Origin: Octopus sinensis
Taxonomy: Eukaryota
DNA: 64,000 nucleotides
Reading direction: 5' to 3'
Assembly (NCBI RefSeq): GCF_006345805.1
Contig: NC_043013.1
Location: 33,728,001 to 33,792,000 of the forward strand
Within the stretch, counting starts at the first letter, position 1, and each line of letters starts with the position of its first letter. The notes below the pieces were generated by a model. That model had not been told where the DNA came from and made no database searches. It saw only the letters and a program-made list of their open reading frames with translations. Of this stretch, positions 10,821 to 24,046 are shown piece after piece. A program made the translations under genes and the position numbers.

Positions 10821-12812
10821 TATGTATGTATGTATGTATGTATGTATGTATGTATGTATGTATGTAGGTATGCATGCACGTATGTACGTACGTAAGTTAT
10901 TCTTTCAGTGTTATTTAAGTTCTTGAGCTGTTGATGCATACACCCAAGTATGTGCATCTATTCACATAAGAACATCAGATGAACATTTGTATGCATGTAT
11001 GTATGTATGCATCACCTATACTCTTGGCCAAAATATTCTACGGACATATTTATTTTCTTATTTCTCCAAAATATGCACGTATGCTTTCCTGTTAATAGCT
11101 ATAATACAATTTATGTTCTTTAGTTATACAACATTTATCCGTTGTAGGGATTTTTTTCTTTACAAAATTCTCGACTTATGTTGTACAGTTCTCGAGTGAT
11201 GAAAAGATTTACTCACTACTTCGAAATTAAGCCATCGTAAAATCATTAATTATTTTCAGATTACATATCAGCCTCATTAACGTTTGCATGTGTGTAAATA
11301 CACATATTTTAATTTTTGATTATATTTATGAAGTCTTGTCAAACGAATTTGGTTCAGCATTGTTCAGCCGTTCCAAAGTGTATTTTTTTTCTAGTGAATA
11401 GGCTTAATGAGAGCTATTAAACAGTTAGTAGCTACTTAAGCAAATATTAACATGGCAGTTAAGAAACTTAGCCTGTGATACGGAAGTTTTAATACAAGCA
11501 ATAAACAAGGAATCTACACATACATAAAAAGCACACTTGAGCACATGCACTCACACACGCACTTGCACACGCAAACGCACATGCATATATATATACTCAC
11601 AAATATAGCAAATATGGCGACGGTGACAACACTTCTCATTGAATGTCTAACTATTTCTATAGTTAATGGGTATTAAAGATTTTTAATTAGCAACTAAAAC
11701 CCTCATATTTCAATAGCACCGATCTTTTCTATGAAGCTAGTAATATTGTGCCTGCTAGTGACTTAAATAGATTTCCTGCATATCTATAAACGCATAAAAT
11801 ATTTTTAATTATATATATTCATGGGTGTGCTAGGATGTCTGTGTGGCGTGTGTTTTTGTGTGTGTCGGTTTGCATTCGTGTAGGCATATTTAGTCTCCTA
11901 TATTCCTCACGCAATATATATATACACAAATATATATGCATACATATGCATATAAGTATATATATATATATATACATTTGCATATATATATATATATATA
12001 TATATACATGCACATACATGCACGCGCACGAGCATGTGTATGTATTTGTGTGTCTATGTATGTTCGTGCATCTGTACATGTCAGAAGTCGGCCTAGTAAT
12101 ATGTACAATCCTTGCTTACGTACAAATCAAAGATACCGTTTTGACCAAAATGATTATTTTCAGCTTTTACCACGATTATTACATGTATGTCTCTTCTCAG
12201 TCAAATGCCATGCAGAATCATGACAATTGGCATTGTGGACGCACTGAAAAACAATAGTTATTTCATGATTAGTATACATATATTTGTGTTTCTAGGCGAT
12301 GTGTTATAATTAGCTTGATTTAAATCAGGTACACTTGAACAGCTAACAAGACCAGCTTTAGAAATACAGACTCGATTACTAGTTAACATTTCAAGGGATT
12401 ACTGACATATAAGAGCTTCTTATAGCGTCTAGTTTCAACTTTGCAAGTATAATGCGGTTCTCTGGAAAATACTTAAATGCAATAGCTATACTATTTTTGC
12501 TGAGGCTCAACTAATCGTAATTTTTTTCTCAAATTTCTCATGTTTTCGGTCTAGATATAAAGCTAGCTTTGTATCTTAACTGTCGTTTGCTAGTGTGTCT
12601 TTGCCGAAAACGTTGTTTTCTACAGAGTAGATATCTTAGAATTTTTTCATCAACCATATTAGTTGTATAGTCAATCCACAGCAGTATGTTAATACAAAAG
12701 AGAGTTTGGTTGATTACAGCATTTGTTAATTCAAGGAGCTACACGTCATTCAGTGTCTACAATGTATATACATAAATACATAGTTACAGACAAGATGTTC
12801 CCGTTAACTCTC

Positions 12813-12849
<37 letters not shown>

Positions 12850-12887
12850 ACACATACATATGTATGTATGTGTTTATATACATATAT

Positions 12888-13045
12888 AGGCGTGGCTGTG
12901 TGGTAATAAGAAGGTTGCTTCTCAAACACATAGTTCTGGGTTCAGTTCCACTGCGTGGAACCTTGAGCAAGTGTCTTCTACTATAGTTTCGAGCAGACCA
13001 ATGCTTTGTGAGTGGATTTGGTACACGGAAACTGAAAGAAGCCTG

Positions 13046-13095
<50 letters not shown>

Positions 13096-13429
13096 ATATA
13101 TGATAAAACTTACTTAGAAGAGGATGCGTGGCGTTCAATCATATAATAATATAAATAATATATATATATATATTATATATATGTATATGAATGTATTGGT
13201 TTGTGTGTGTGTGTATGTGTGTTTATGTTTGTTCCCCCACCATCACTTGACAACAGATGCGGGTGTGCTTAGGTACACGTAAACTAGCGGTTCGGCAAAA
13301 GAGACCGATAGAGTAAGTACTAAGCTTACAAAGAATAAGTCCTGCGGTCGATTTGTTCGACTAAAAACCTTTAAGGCGGTGCTCCAGCGTAGCCGCAGTA
13401 AAATATTGAAAGAAAAGAATCAAAGAATA
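12888..13429 (+). mobile_element. Full SINE-B (tRNA head, CORE-like domain, internal TA/TG microsatellite, 3' module)
   Basis: GGCTGTGTGGTAA A-box region, GGTTCAGTTCC B-box region, CCTTGAGCAAGTGTCTT, internal (TA)n/(TG)n, 3' module. Confidence 0.85.
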
Positions 13430-13431
13430 TA

Positions 13432-13636
13432 CAGGAAATCCTCGACTATCGCGGGTGCTACGTCCCCCCGTGATAGGTGAAAATCCTCTAATTAGAAACG
13501 GCAATGCACTGTATATTTTTCGAAATTATTTTTGTAATTTGTATATATTTATTTTATAATAAATGTACATAGGAATCGACTTTAGCTTAAATGATAAACC
13601 GCGATAGGTGAACCGCGATATGGCGAGGGATTACTG
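13432..13636. mobile_element. Tigger/pogo-type MITE
   Basis: Imperfect TIRs CAGGAAATCCTCGACTATCGCGG / CCGCGATATGGCGAGGGATTACTG, flanked by TA on both sides. Confidence 0.8.
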
Positions 13637-14197
<561 letters not shown>

Positions 14198-14513
14198 TTA
14201 TATATCTATATGTAGTTATGTATATTTACATGAATGCTGCATATTTGCAAAATGTTGTTTCTAGCAGCAATGAAGCCTTCGGGTGAAAATAAACGTGGAC
14301 TCTTGTATAAATTGGAACAATGCATTGCGCGAAATAATGATTTCAGTCAATCTAATTAAACGAAGAATATTTATTAAATAAATCACACTACACACTTCAT
14401 GCTGCATCGCACATACCTATAGGAAGAGTAAATGAGATACCAATAATCAAAGTAATGTCTATGGACCAAAACTTCTTCTGACCTAAATATTCATTTGAAG
14501 ACCGAGCAACTCA

Positions 14514-14867
14514 CGCCTAAACAAGGTTTTTATAGTCTGTAAGACTACAGAGATAATATCGCCATTAGATGAGCGAATTTTCCAAAACTTACGTGACAAC
14601 AATAATTAAGAATTATTAGATAGAAAACCCTATAAAATTAAGGTAGCACACTTAATTTTATGGCAGAATACGATATCAGTAACTGAACTGATCAAATTAA
14701 ACAGAATATGAAATAAGACAAAACTTACGCAGATCAACGTTATGGATTTATCAAACATCCAACATTTAGTGATTGATGCGCTTAATGTCGCACAATCAAT
14801 AACCGAAAAGAACGTTTCCGAGGTAGATGTTAGAAGTTATGACGAGATACTCGGAAGACAATTGTGA
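14514..14867 (+). pseudogene. Possible decayed pogo/Tigger (DDE_1) transposase fragment
   Basis: One 117-codon frame with two internal stops; TTEIISPLDERIFQNL resembles the TTS.IQPLDQGII.N(L/F) motif. Resemblance judged by eye. Confidence 0.3.
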
Positions 14868-14986
14868 AATATCACAACGTCGTCTGCATTCAGAAAAGAA
14901 AATCTATGTCTTTGCGTGACATAAGCATGGTACATTATTTACATTATTTACATTTGACGATATTTGTCCTCATCTTGATTGTTGTT

Positions 14987-15032
14987 AACACAACATTTCG
15001 ACTGATATACATTCCAGCCTTCATCAGGTGTC
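14987..15032 (-). ncRNA. Minimal type I hammerhead ribozyme motif
   Basis: Minus strand GACAC-CTGATGA-A-GGCTG(10 nt)CAGTC-GAAA-TGTT-GTGTT: helices I and II pair, GUU site. Confidence 0.7.
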
Positions 15033-15099
15033 TTGGGGAAATTTCGAACCTGGGTTCTCATTCCTAAGGTATTTTTCGATGTTGTTGTTGTTGTTGTTA

Positions 15100-15167
<68 letters not shown>

Positions 15168-15259
15168 ATCACTACGCCATATGCCCGCGGGCATATGGCG
15201 TAGTGGTTAAGAGCGCGGGTTACTAACCCAAAGATTCCGAGCTCGATTCCAAGCAGTGA

Positions 15260-15359
<100 letters not shown>

Positions 15360-15365
15360 GTAGTA

Positions 15366-15405
<40 letters not shown>

Positions 15406-15466
15406 TAATAATAATAACATCGAAAAATACCTTAGGAATGAGAACCCAGGTTCGAAATTTCCCCAA

Positions 15467-15512
15467 GACACCTGATGAATGTTGGAGGGTATATCAGCCG
15501 AAACGTTGTGTT
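15467..15512 (+). ncRNA. Minimal type I hammerhead ribozyme motif
   Basis: GACAC-CTGATGA-A-TGTTG(10 nt)CAGCC-GAAA-CGTT-GTGTT: palindromic ACGU helix III, GUU site; helix II weakened by substitutions. Confidence 0.7.
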
Positions 15513-16425
15513 AACAACAAACAAGATGAGGACGAATATCTGTCAAATGTAAATAAGGTAAATAATCTACATAATTCCTAATCTCTTAAATATAGAACTG
15601 TATAAGCGTGGTAACTAACGATTCTAATGAAATTAGCAATGTCTTCTGCTACGACGCATTACACAAGCATAAAAATGAATAACAACAAGAACAAAAATAA
15701 CTACTACTACTACTACTGTATGATTTTTGTATTCACTGTTGTTATTGCTGTGGTGGATCGGATATCGAGATGGCTTCTAATCTTTTTATAATTACAAAAA
15801 TTAATAAATTCTTCGTTCGAGAGCGTTGGATTCTTGATTGCCATAGAGACTAACCAATGTTAAATGTCTGCGAATTTTACTTGGAATTAAAAAGGAACTA
15901 TTCTTGTACTATCCTTACCAAAGCATCTATCGATGTCCACAAACATTTAAACCGCCCTTGTAATGATATCAGCAATTTATTGAAAAATGTTTTCCCGAAC
16001 CTCTCTGCTAATAAACAGTGTTTCCTCGGGTCTTCCAAATTTTGTTAAGACGATCTTACTCTAAAGGCAAAAAGAAATCAATAACCTGATCTACCGGCAA
16101 CGTATTTAGATCATCCTGTCATTGAAATAGAAATGGTAGAATGAACATTAAAAACAGTTGAATCCCCAGTCACTAAAATCTTTCTCTAAATTACTCAACT
16201 CAAGAAACGTGCCTACAGCTCAAACATTATGAATGTTTTGTACGACCCCAAACAGTTTTATTTTACTACATCGAACTTTGCACAAACATTTACTGCATCT
16301 AACCACATTCCAAAACTGATTATACATAGCAGCTATGAATCTATTAATTCTAATCATGTCATCTCTAATGCATTTCCTGTAGGCTTTAATTATTTATCAA
16401 TACGCTGTACAAACTAGTAAATATC

Positions 16426-16464
<39 letters not shown>

Positions 16465-16466
<2 letters not shown>

Positions 16467-16620
16467 GACGTGCTTAAGTTTCCGTCCACCAAATCCACTA
16501 ACAAGACTTTGGTCGGCCCGAGGCTATAGTAGAAGACCCACAGTGTGGACCATGGTGCTACACAGTGGGACTGAACCCAGAAACATGTTGTTGGTAAGCA
16601 AGCTACTTACCACACATCTA
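16465..16620 (-). mobile_element. SINE-B 5' module
   Basis: Reverse complement of head and CORE-like part (AGTGGGACTGAACCC..GCTACTTACCACACA). Confidence 0.8.
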
Positions 16621-16630
16621 CATCTTTATA

Positions 16631-16661
16631 GGACCGGGTTCGATACCCGACATCTCCACCA
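16631..16661 (+). pseudogene. 3' fragment of a tRNA-Ala ending in genomic CCA (tailless retro-copy)
   Basis: GGACCGGGTTCGATACCCGACATCTCCACCA = T-arm, acceptor strand CATCTCC, discriminator A, CCA; TTTATA on both sides. Confidence 0.65.
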
Positions 16662-17472
16662 TTTATAATTTCATAACAATATATATATATTGTTTTTTTT
16701 AAAAAAAGCAATGTTGTCAAATATTAGAATGTTTATATAAGTATGTGTATAGCCATGGATATGTATTTGTAAGCATGCGTATCTGTGTATGTGTAAGTGA
16801 ACATATGTTTGTGCTTAAGCACACATATACACGACTGTATGTATATGTATCCATTCGAACTTGTGTATCTGTATACTTGCCTCCATATATGTCAATAATG
16901 CCGTTACACAGCTTGTATACATAATTCTTTGTTATTTCATTTTTTCCCCACCCCTCCTTCGTTCCTTTTTCTCTCTCTTCCTTTCTTTCGTTCCCCCCCC
17001 CTTACTCAGTATATGAGAATCGCTACATAGATGTTTTTAACTTGCGTGCGAGATGGTTTGCGTGAATATATGTACGCATGCATTTATGTATATATTTAGA
17101 TTTATAATTATACGTCTGTATATGTATGGCGTTTGCACGCATCCTTCTGTGTATGTTGATATATATATGTACATTTTAATATAAATATGTATTGCAGTGT
17201 AATATTTATAACAGGTTTAATTTCTATGCATTAATTTATACTTTCTTCATTAACGTCAATATGTATTTTTTTCAATGTAAGGTTTTTTTTTCCTCGGATT
17301 TTATAATTTTTATAAGTTTTTATATATATATATACGTATATTTTTGACCTTTTTGTTTATCGCTCGAAAATTGACCGTTTTTTCTAAAGGGCCAATCAAA
17401 CAAGTCCATTTCTTTTTAAAGGTGTAGTGTTTGTAAGAGTCTAGATTGAATTGATATATCGGTTCCATTCTA

Positions 17473-17524
17473 GCAAAAACTGTCTGATGAACGGCAACGA
17501 GAAACTCAGAGTAACAGATTTTGT
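17473..17524 (+). ncRNA. Minimal type I hammerhead ribozyme motif in a block (17341-17621) bounded by (TA)n
   Basis: GCAAAAACTGT-CTGATGA-A-CG(GCAA)CG-A-GAAA-CTC(A)GAG-TA-ACAGATTTTGT: helix I 10 pairs with one mismatch, GNRA-capped helix II, GUA site. Confidence 0.8.
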
Positions 17525-17809
17525 TGAATTTTCTGCTGCTTAAAATAAAGCATATTACTCTACCACTGGTATTTGAGTACTCTTTTTTCCACCTTGTTTC
17601 ACATTTATGTGTTTACTCCGGTATATATATATATATAAAGATGCTTGACAATAAAGTAAACAGGAATAAATCGTTTTCATGCTGCACTGTAAGGGTGAAA
17701 TCCATTGTTGAATGAGGGACGCTATAATTATTAGCCCCAGAAACTATGATGAATTGGCTACACCTTTATAAATAGACATAATTTTACCCACCCCCTCCCC
17801 CTGCGGGAG

Positions 17810-18240
17810 AATTTTGTGACAGTGAGTTTTTGTTCTATTGGATTCTGGAAGCGGTGATTGCCTCTTTTAGTTTTTTGCTTTGTGTAAGACATTTGTGGAA
17901 TTATTTCATGCTCCAGGAATTCGCCAGAACTTTTTGCCTGTCAGTTAAAAAAAAAAAGTATCACATCTGCGTGAGTACAGAAATCTCTTAAATTATGTTA
18001 TAATATTTATGTGAATTTTGAACCCTGTATTTGTGGCAGGTTGTGTGAGATAATTGTACACTCAGTTTTGGTGACAGTTTTTTCTGTGAGACAAGGTTCA
18101 ATTGGATTCTGGAAGCTGGGATTGCCTATTTAATTTCTGCACTTTGTGCTTTGTGTTAGGCATTTGTGAAATTATCTTATGCTCCAGGAATTCGCCAGAA
18201 ATTTTGGCTTCTCAGTTAAAATATTTTCTGTGTCACATCG
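17810..18240. repeat. Diverged tandem duplication, two ~165 bp copies, period 264 bp
   Basis: ATTGGATTCTGGAAGC at 17837 and 18101; ATGCTCCAGGAATTCGCCAGAA in both copies. Confidence 0.85.
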
Positions 18241-18370
18241 AAATCCAACGTTCGACATTCCCAGGTTTCTACATTGTAAGGTTCGAAACCCAAGGTTGAA
18301 CAACGAATTGAAAGGCAGATTTTATGAAATCAAGGTTCGGAATCCACTGACGAAATCCGAGGTTTGAAAA
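18228..18370. repeat. Degenerate array of AAATCC(A)AGGTTCGAAA-like units
   Basis: About five imperfect units; probably internal to a non-autonomous transposon (inference). Confidence 0.55.
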
Positions 18371-19600
18371 ACCAAATTTGTGTGGGGCCAATTTTGGGGG
18401 AACCAAAAACCGGGATTGTCCGAACTTCTAAACTATGTATATATGTTATCTTTGTAACGGATCTTTTCCTTTTGAACGGCACTTTGTAACATAATTTCTA
18501 GTTAACTAAACACTTTTAAACTTCGTATACTGGTAGAATGTGTTTATAAAACATCATTTTTTCTTGGCTTTATTGAGAAAATTCTATATGTTGTAACATA
18601 TTTCGTCTTTAATTTCGAGCATTTCGGCAATTTTAACCAATCGCTGACCTCCATTTAGGTCAATAACATTCTGTGCATAATGAATATGTCCCTCCTTTAA
18701 GAAACAGATTGGATTTATTTACATTTCTGAAGAAAAAAGATACCCTTCCCCCACCCCTTTCTTAGAGCCATACCTTTCCCTATTATGTATACGCTGTTTC
18801 TTCATTTAAATCGGTTCCTTTGTTTTCCTAACCTGTTTAGAATAGGTTTTCAAATATCAATCTGTATAAATCTGATTGTTATATTTTAACCCATGTTTCG
18901 ATGGTGTAAACACTTTAACATTTATCTTTGATGTATCTAGTTGTTTCTTCATTCTATGCATTTATTTATTTATTTATGTATTAGTTTATTTATTAGTTTA
19001 TTCCTTTTAACCCTGTTACCTATTCACACTGTGTTCCGTGTTGTGCAATTTTCCTTGTTACTTGACTGTCCAAAAATTTTTGTTACTCCTAAGTTGGAAC
19101 TAAGAAATATTTTCTAATTTAGTTTTTCAGGAATACAATTCATTGGTCGAGGTAAGAATTTTTAATTTTCAGTTCTTTAACTTGATCGTTGGTTTATTTT
19201 AATTCATTCATCATTAAAGAAATATCTTTACAATACTTACAGCCAATCAATACGTAATTTTCATTTCGTTATTATGTAATACACTCATTGATTTTAACCC
19301 ATTTCATTTTTCTTCCTAACCCTTGTTTCAAATTATTTTATAGCTAAATATTTAAAATAAGCTTAACTAAAAACCCAGGCCCTATCGACATACGCATGTA
19401 TATCCTGTACGTATGATGTATTGTTATTGGAAATTTTTATTTTTCATCTTTACCCAGATTCAAATAACGAATCTTACATTTCTTATTAGAAACTAATTTT
19501 CACATTGTCGCTTTCAACATATTAAAGTAATTATTTTTTATATACATTTAATCCGCCACATTAATATTTGTCTCCAAATCACGTGACAAGACTTGTCTCA

Positions 19601-19813
19601 CATCCGTAGTGTTCGTTTGATTTGTCTCCTTCACCACTTACCTCCCATTTTGAAATCAGTCCGGAAACGCCAACGATCTCAGACAATAGAAAATTTTGAA
19701 GGAAATTCGTTACGAGTTACAGCACATTACCTTTGAAAACGAGTTCCAGGACACATTTCGGAACTATCACAAACGATAACCATGGTAACAACTATTTTGA
19801 AGGAAAGAATTAG
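19601..19813 (+). pseudogene. Mariner transposase C-terminal fragment (frameshifted, with stops)
   Basis: HP*CSFDLSP (cf. HPPYSPDLAP), LPPILKSVRKRQRSQTIE..NSLR, EFQDTF, NYFEG*. Confidence 0.75.
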
Positions 19814-19881
19814 ATTAAATTATAAATAAAGCAATAATTTTTTCCTCGTAAAAACCCAGGATTTTTCTTAAGAGCTAGGAT

Positions 19882-19978
19882 TTGTGTGTCTGTCTGTCTG
19901 TGTCTGTCTGTGTGTGTGTCTGTGTGCTTGTCTGTCTGTCTGTGTGCTTGTCTGTCTGTGTGCTTGTCTGTCTGTGTG

Positions 19979-20015
<37 letters not shown>

Positions 20016-20115
20016 TTATGTGCCTGTCTGTCTGTGTGCCTGTCTGTCTGACTGCCTGTGTGCCTGACTGCCTGTGTGCCTATCTGTCTGTGTACCTGTC
20101 TGTCAGTGTGCCTGT
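19882..20115. repeat. (TGTC/TGCC)n cryptic microsatellite
   Basis: Direct reading. Confidence 0.95.
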
Positions 20116-20595
20116 CTACCTCACATCCCCCTCTATCTATCTACACAAATTCACAGATACACAATTGCACACACATACACAAATAATTGTTCATCTGGGC
20201 GTATTTTAGAACAATCCTGCTCGATTCTTCTGATTTATATAAGCTGAATATTATATTAGTTGCTTCGTTACAGTGAACTGGGTAACAAGTAAATGACATG
20301 CACAGTTCAGAACAATTGCTTATACAGCAAATATTAGACCTTATAAAGCACAATGTTTAGTTTAACAGCTTAACGTTATATAATTAAAGTTTAGTCAAAC
20401 TAATAGTATTGTCTGTGAGCAGGTGGCAGAGATTTTAATTCAGACAGTATATTCTAGTATGAGGAACGAAGTTCGCCAATATTTTATTATATATGTATTA
20501 TACAGCAGCTTATCATTGGGAGTAGATATATATATATATATATACCTGTAGGCATATGTTGTGTCTGTGTTAAATATGTATATATATACTGACAT

Positions 20596-20900
20596 GTGAA
20601 TATTTCTCATGTATATACATATATATATATATATATATTCACATGTATATTTATATATATATATTCACATGTATATGTGTATATATATATATTCACATGT
20701 ATATGTATATATATATATATATTCACATGTAAATATATAGAGATACACATATATTCATATATATATATATCTTCATATGTATATATGTATATATATATTC
20801 ATATGTATATATGTATATATATCTTCATATGTATATATATATATATATCTTCACATGTATATATATCTTCACATGTATATATATAACTTCACATGTATAT
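20596..20900. repeat. Compound minisatellite: TTCA(C/T)ATGT anchors separated by variable (TA)n
   Basis: About 12 anchors; one more at ~21194. Confidence 0.85.
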
Positions 20901-21046
20901 ATATGTGCCTATAAATACGTATGCATATACATACATTTGCATATATTTGTGTATATAATATATATAAATGCATATTACACGCATACATATATAGAGGGAG
21001 ATGGGGACAGGAAGAATGTATACCTGTATGTATGTATGTATGTATG

Positions 21047-21166
<120 letters not shown>

Positions 21167-22179
21167 TATGTAAATACATACATACATTCATCTTCACATG
21201 TATATATGTTTGAAAGATTGTGTGTGCATGTGCGAGTGTATACGTGGGTGCGCCTGATGTTGGCTAACTGGTAGTTGTCATATTAATAAGATTAATAATA
21301 GTAATTGTTTGTGGTTCTGTTCTTTTCGTTATTAAAGTCCTGCTTGGTGGTCTAATTATGGTGGCTACAGCTATTAATAATGGATATAGTAGTTATCGAA
21401 CCAACGCCGGCACTGCTGCTGTTCTTGTTACTAATGCAATTACAGCAGTAATACCAACAGCTGTTATACTGCCCCCAATGTAGTTTATTCTTGTGTTGTT
21501 AATCTCTCTGTTGTCATTGTGCTAATCGGTACTACTGTTGTTTAAAATCAGCAAGAACATAATAGAGAAGACCTCTTATAGCAGGCCGATCCATTTAGGG
21601 TCAAAGATCAGATATACTTATATATATCTAGCACTTTAGTTGTTCGGCTCTGGGGAGATTTCATTGGTATTTCTAGAAGGTCAAGTGACATACATAATTG
21701 CTACAGATTAACATACATAATTAAGATAAATGTGATGTGTTTATCAATTTTCCTCGAGAGGAAGGACATACGAAATATTCTCCATATCGTCTCGTTTAAT
21801 GTCCATCATGTTCTAGTGGCTTAGTGAAATATTCATGATTAGAGACAGTCCGACTGTGGCCATCTCAACTCTTCTACTGAGACATATAAAGAAATCTAGT
21901 ATCTTGTGTAATTTTGTTACTGTGAAATTTAAGGAATATTTGATCGAACAACTGTTTAGAGATTTTCTCGTTGGCTTATGATACATGTATGTTGTTAGAT
22001 GCTTGAGGCGGTTTAAAATGTCGCTATTAACTCTACTTCGCTTGTACATTGACACGAAGGAAGTTCTGTCATTTGACCAAACCAAGCGAGATTTCAAGAT
22101 GGAATAATGTCACGCAAAATAACAGTAAAGAAATTTATCTTGAGATACTGATTAATTATTCAATCCGTTTATGAGAGAT

Positions 22180-22425
22180 TTTGTGGTTAGTCCGCGTTGT
22201 ATCGTAAGGAGCATATAACCGAATTTCCGGTTTCTTTGACATATATATTCCTCTTTGGACAAGGACGGTCCGGCACAGGATTACTCATTTTGATCAGCTG
22301 AGTGGATTGGAGCAACGTGAACTGAAGAGCTTTGCTCAAGAACACAACTCACAGCCCGGACCAGGAATCGAAACGCAATATTACTATCACAAATCCAATA
22401 CTCTAACCATTAAGCCAGGTGCCAT
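22180..22425 (-). mobile_element. SINE-D-type head with V-like middle and different tail, degenerate
   Basis: Minus strand GGCTTAATGGTTAGAG..TTCGATTCCTGG..GTTGTGTTCTTGAGCAAAG..CCTGTGCCGGAC..GAAACCGG. Confidence 0.65.
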
Positions 22426-23709
22426 CACTCCAGGTTTTAGATTTGTCAAACATTTTCTCCTCTAGGCACCAGGCCCGAATTTTTGGAGGGGGCCAGTTGT
22501 AAAAACACTTTTGGAAAGAAAGAATCGATGGCAATTACATTTGCGTGTGAATTTGTTTGCTTTGGTAGGGTGAGTGTGCGTGCGCGCATGCGCATTACTC
22601 TATACGAGAGAGTAAGCTGGCAGAACCGTTAGCGATATATAGTATATCTTGTATGCACCGTTAGATGTACGACTGTGGTTGATGAATTTAGAGCTTCATG
22701 TATCGTATTATCCTCATCCAGTTTGTTTGAAGCTTAGTAGTTTAGCGACAGCTTTACTCAGTGCTATGATATATAACGCAATCGTAGAAGGAACTTCGAT
22801 AAAATTTATATCGTTTGTTATTACATGTGTTTCATCATTGTCATTCTTTAGAACTGTTCATTTGATATCTGAGGAACAACTGGCTTCTTTTCCTCAACGA
22901 ATCATCGGGGAAGTCTATTGCATTATCTTACTGAGTGCTAAAATCTAAAGTCGGATAGATGGCGAGACATTTTATAGGTATTTTGAGAGGGGACTAGAAA
23001 GAATGCAAAAGATTGAGAGAGATTAAATGTCACGAAGAAACAAGATAAAAAGAAAGGGAAGAGAAAATTACAGAAAGAAGAGAGAAAACGAGAGAGAGAA
23101 GAGAAAGAAAAACGAGAAAAACAAGACAAGATTGTAATTAAAGAAAGGAGGAAAGGTCTTAAAGAAAAAAGTAAAATGTATAATCGAAAAATATTTTGAA
23201 ATATTTAGGCAAAATAAAATACTAAAATGAATAAAAGATATAATGGAGAATGTGACAGAGGAAGAGAAAAGCTTATTTGTGTTCTATGCTAACTATTTTC
23301 TTCAGATAATCCCAATGTTTTGCTTCTGTGTATCACATAAACGAACGCATTCGCACATTAAAAGCAAAACGGTAACAATCAAGTCATTGCCTTCGGACAA
23401 ATAAACACTACTAAAACTAGTGGTTTCATTCCGTTTGTTTCTCTTATGTTTCTATCTATCTGTCTATATGTGTATGTCTGTATAATTTGTTGTGTTTTTC
23501 TAATTTTTGCCGTTCTACATTTGGCAAATTCTTTGATTGTTCTGTCACTGTTTGTCAATTTCGCTTCTACATCCGGCTTCAACAATTCCATTGCTGTTTT
23601 GAATCTCTCTTCTTAATATGTAATTTAGTGATTCTCCTGTCTCTAATGGTTAATTCTATCATTGTATCCGGTTTCCCTAAGATCATTCTTCCTCTACTGC
23701 ATTATTATA

Positions 23710-24046
23710 TATTTCTTTACTACCCACGAGGGGCTAAACACAGAGGGTACAAACAAGGACATACAAAGGGATTAAGTCGATTACATCGACCCCAGTGCGT
23801 AACTGGTACTTAATTTATCGACCCCGAAAGGATGAAAAATTTTATATATATATCTATACCCCCCCCCCACATATATATGTATATATACATACATACATAA
23901 ATATATATTTATTTACATAATTTATCGACCCCGAAAGGATGAAAGGCAAAGTCGACCTTGGTGGAATTTGAACCCAGAACGTAACGGCAGACGAAATACC
24001 GCTAAGCATTTCGCCCGGTGTGCTAACGTTTCTGCCAGCTCGCCGC
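23710..24046 (-). mobile_element. Full SINE-A (A1 tail) with 13 bp TSD, interrupted by an 80 bp filler
   Basis: TSD CTGCATTATTATA at 23697-23709 and 24047-24059; internal 27 bp direct repeat 23811-23837 / 23918-23944. Confidence 0.9.

Noticed and set aside
18349-18375. CTGACGA...GAAA
   Set aside because: No helix III, no NUH site and no helix I. Other CTGANGA hits (about 5313, 32536, 35166, 45484, 63266) fail in the same way.
20596-20900. Repeat-spacer pattern reminiscent of a CRISPR array
   Set aside because: Repeats are 9 bp, spacers are (TA)n rather than unique sequence, the context is eukaryotic and there are no cas genes.
21813-22097. 94-aa minus-strand ORF with a nearly open antisense frame
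   Set aside because: No recognisable domain or convincing splice signals; cannot be told from chance or TE decay without a search.
22584-22593. Perfect NRF1-type GCGCATGCGC
   Set aside because: Lies in a decayed (TG)n/(CG)n run, which readily generates this motif.
23379-23591. 70-aa ORF with a protein-like N-terminus (MELLKPDVEAK...)
   Set aside because: Runs into low-complexity sequence; no good splice sites or known motif.
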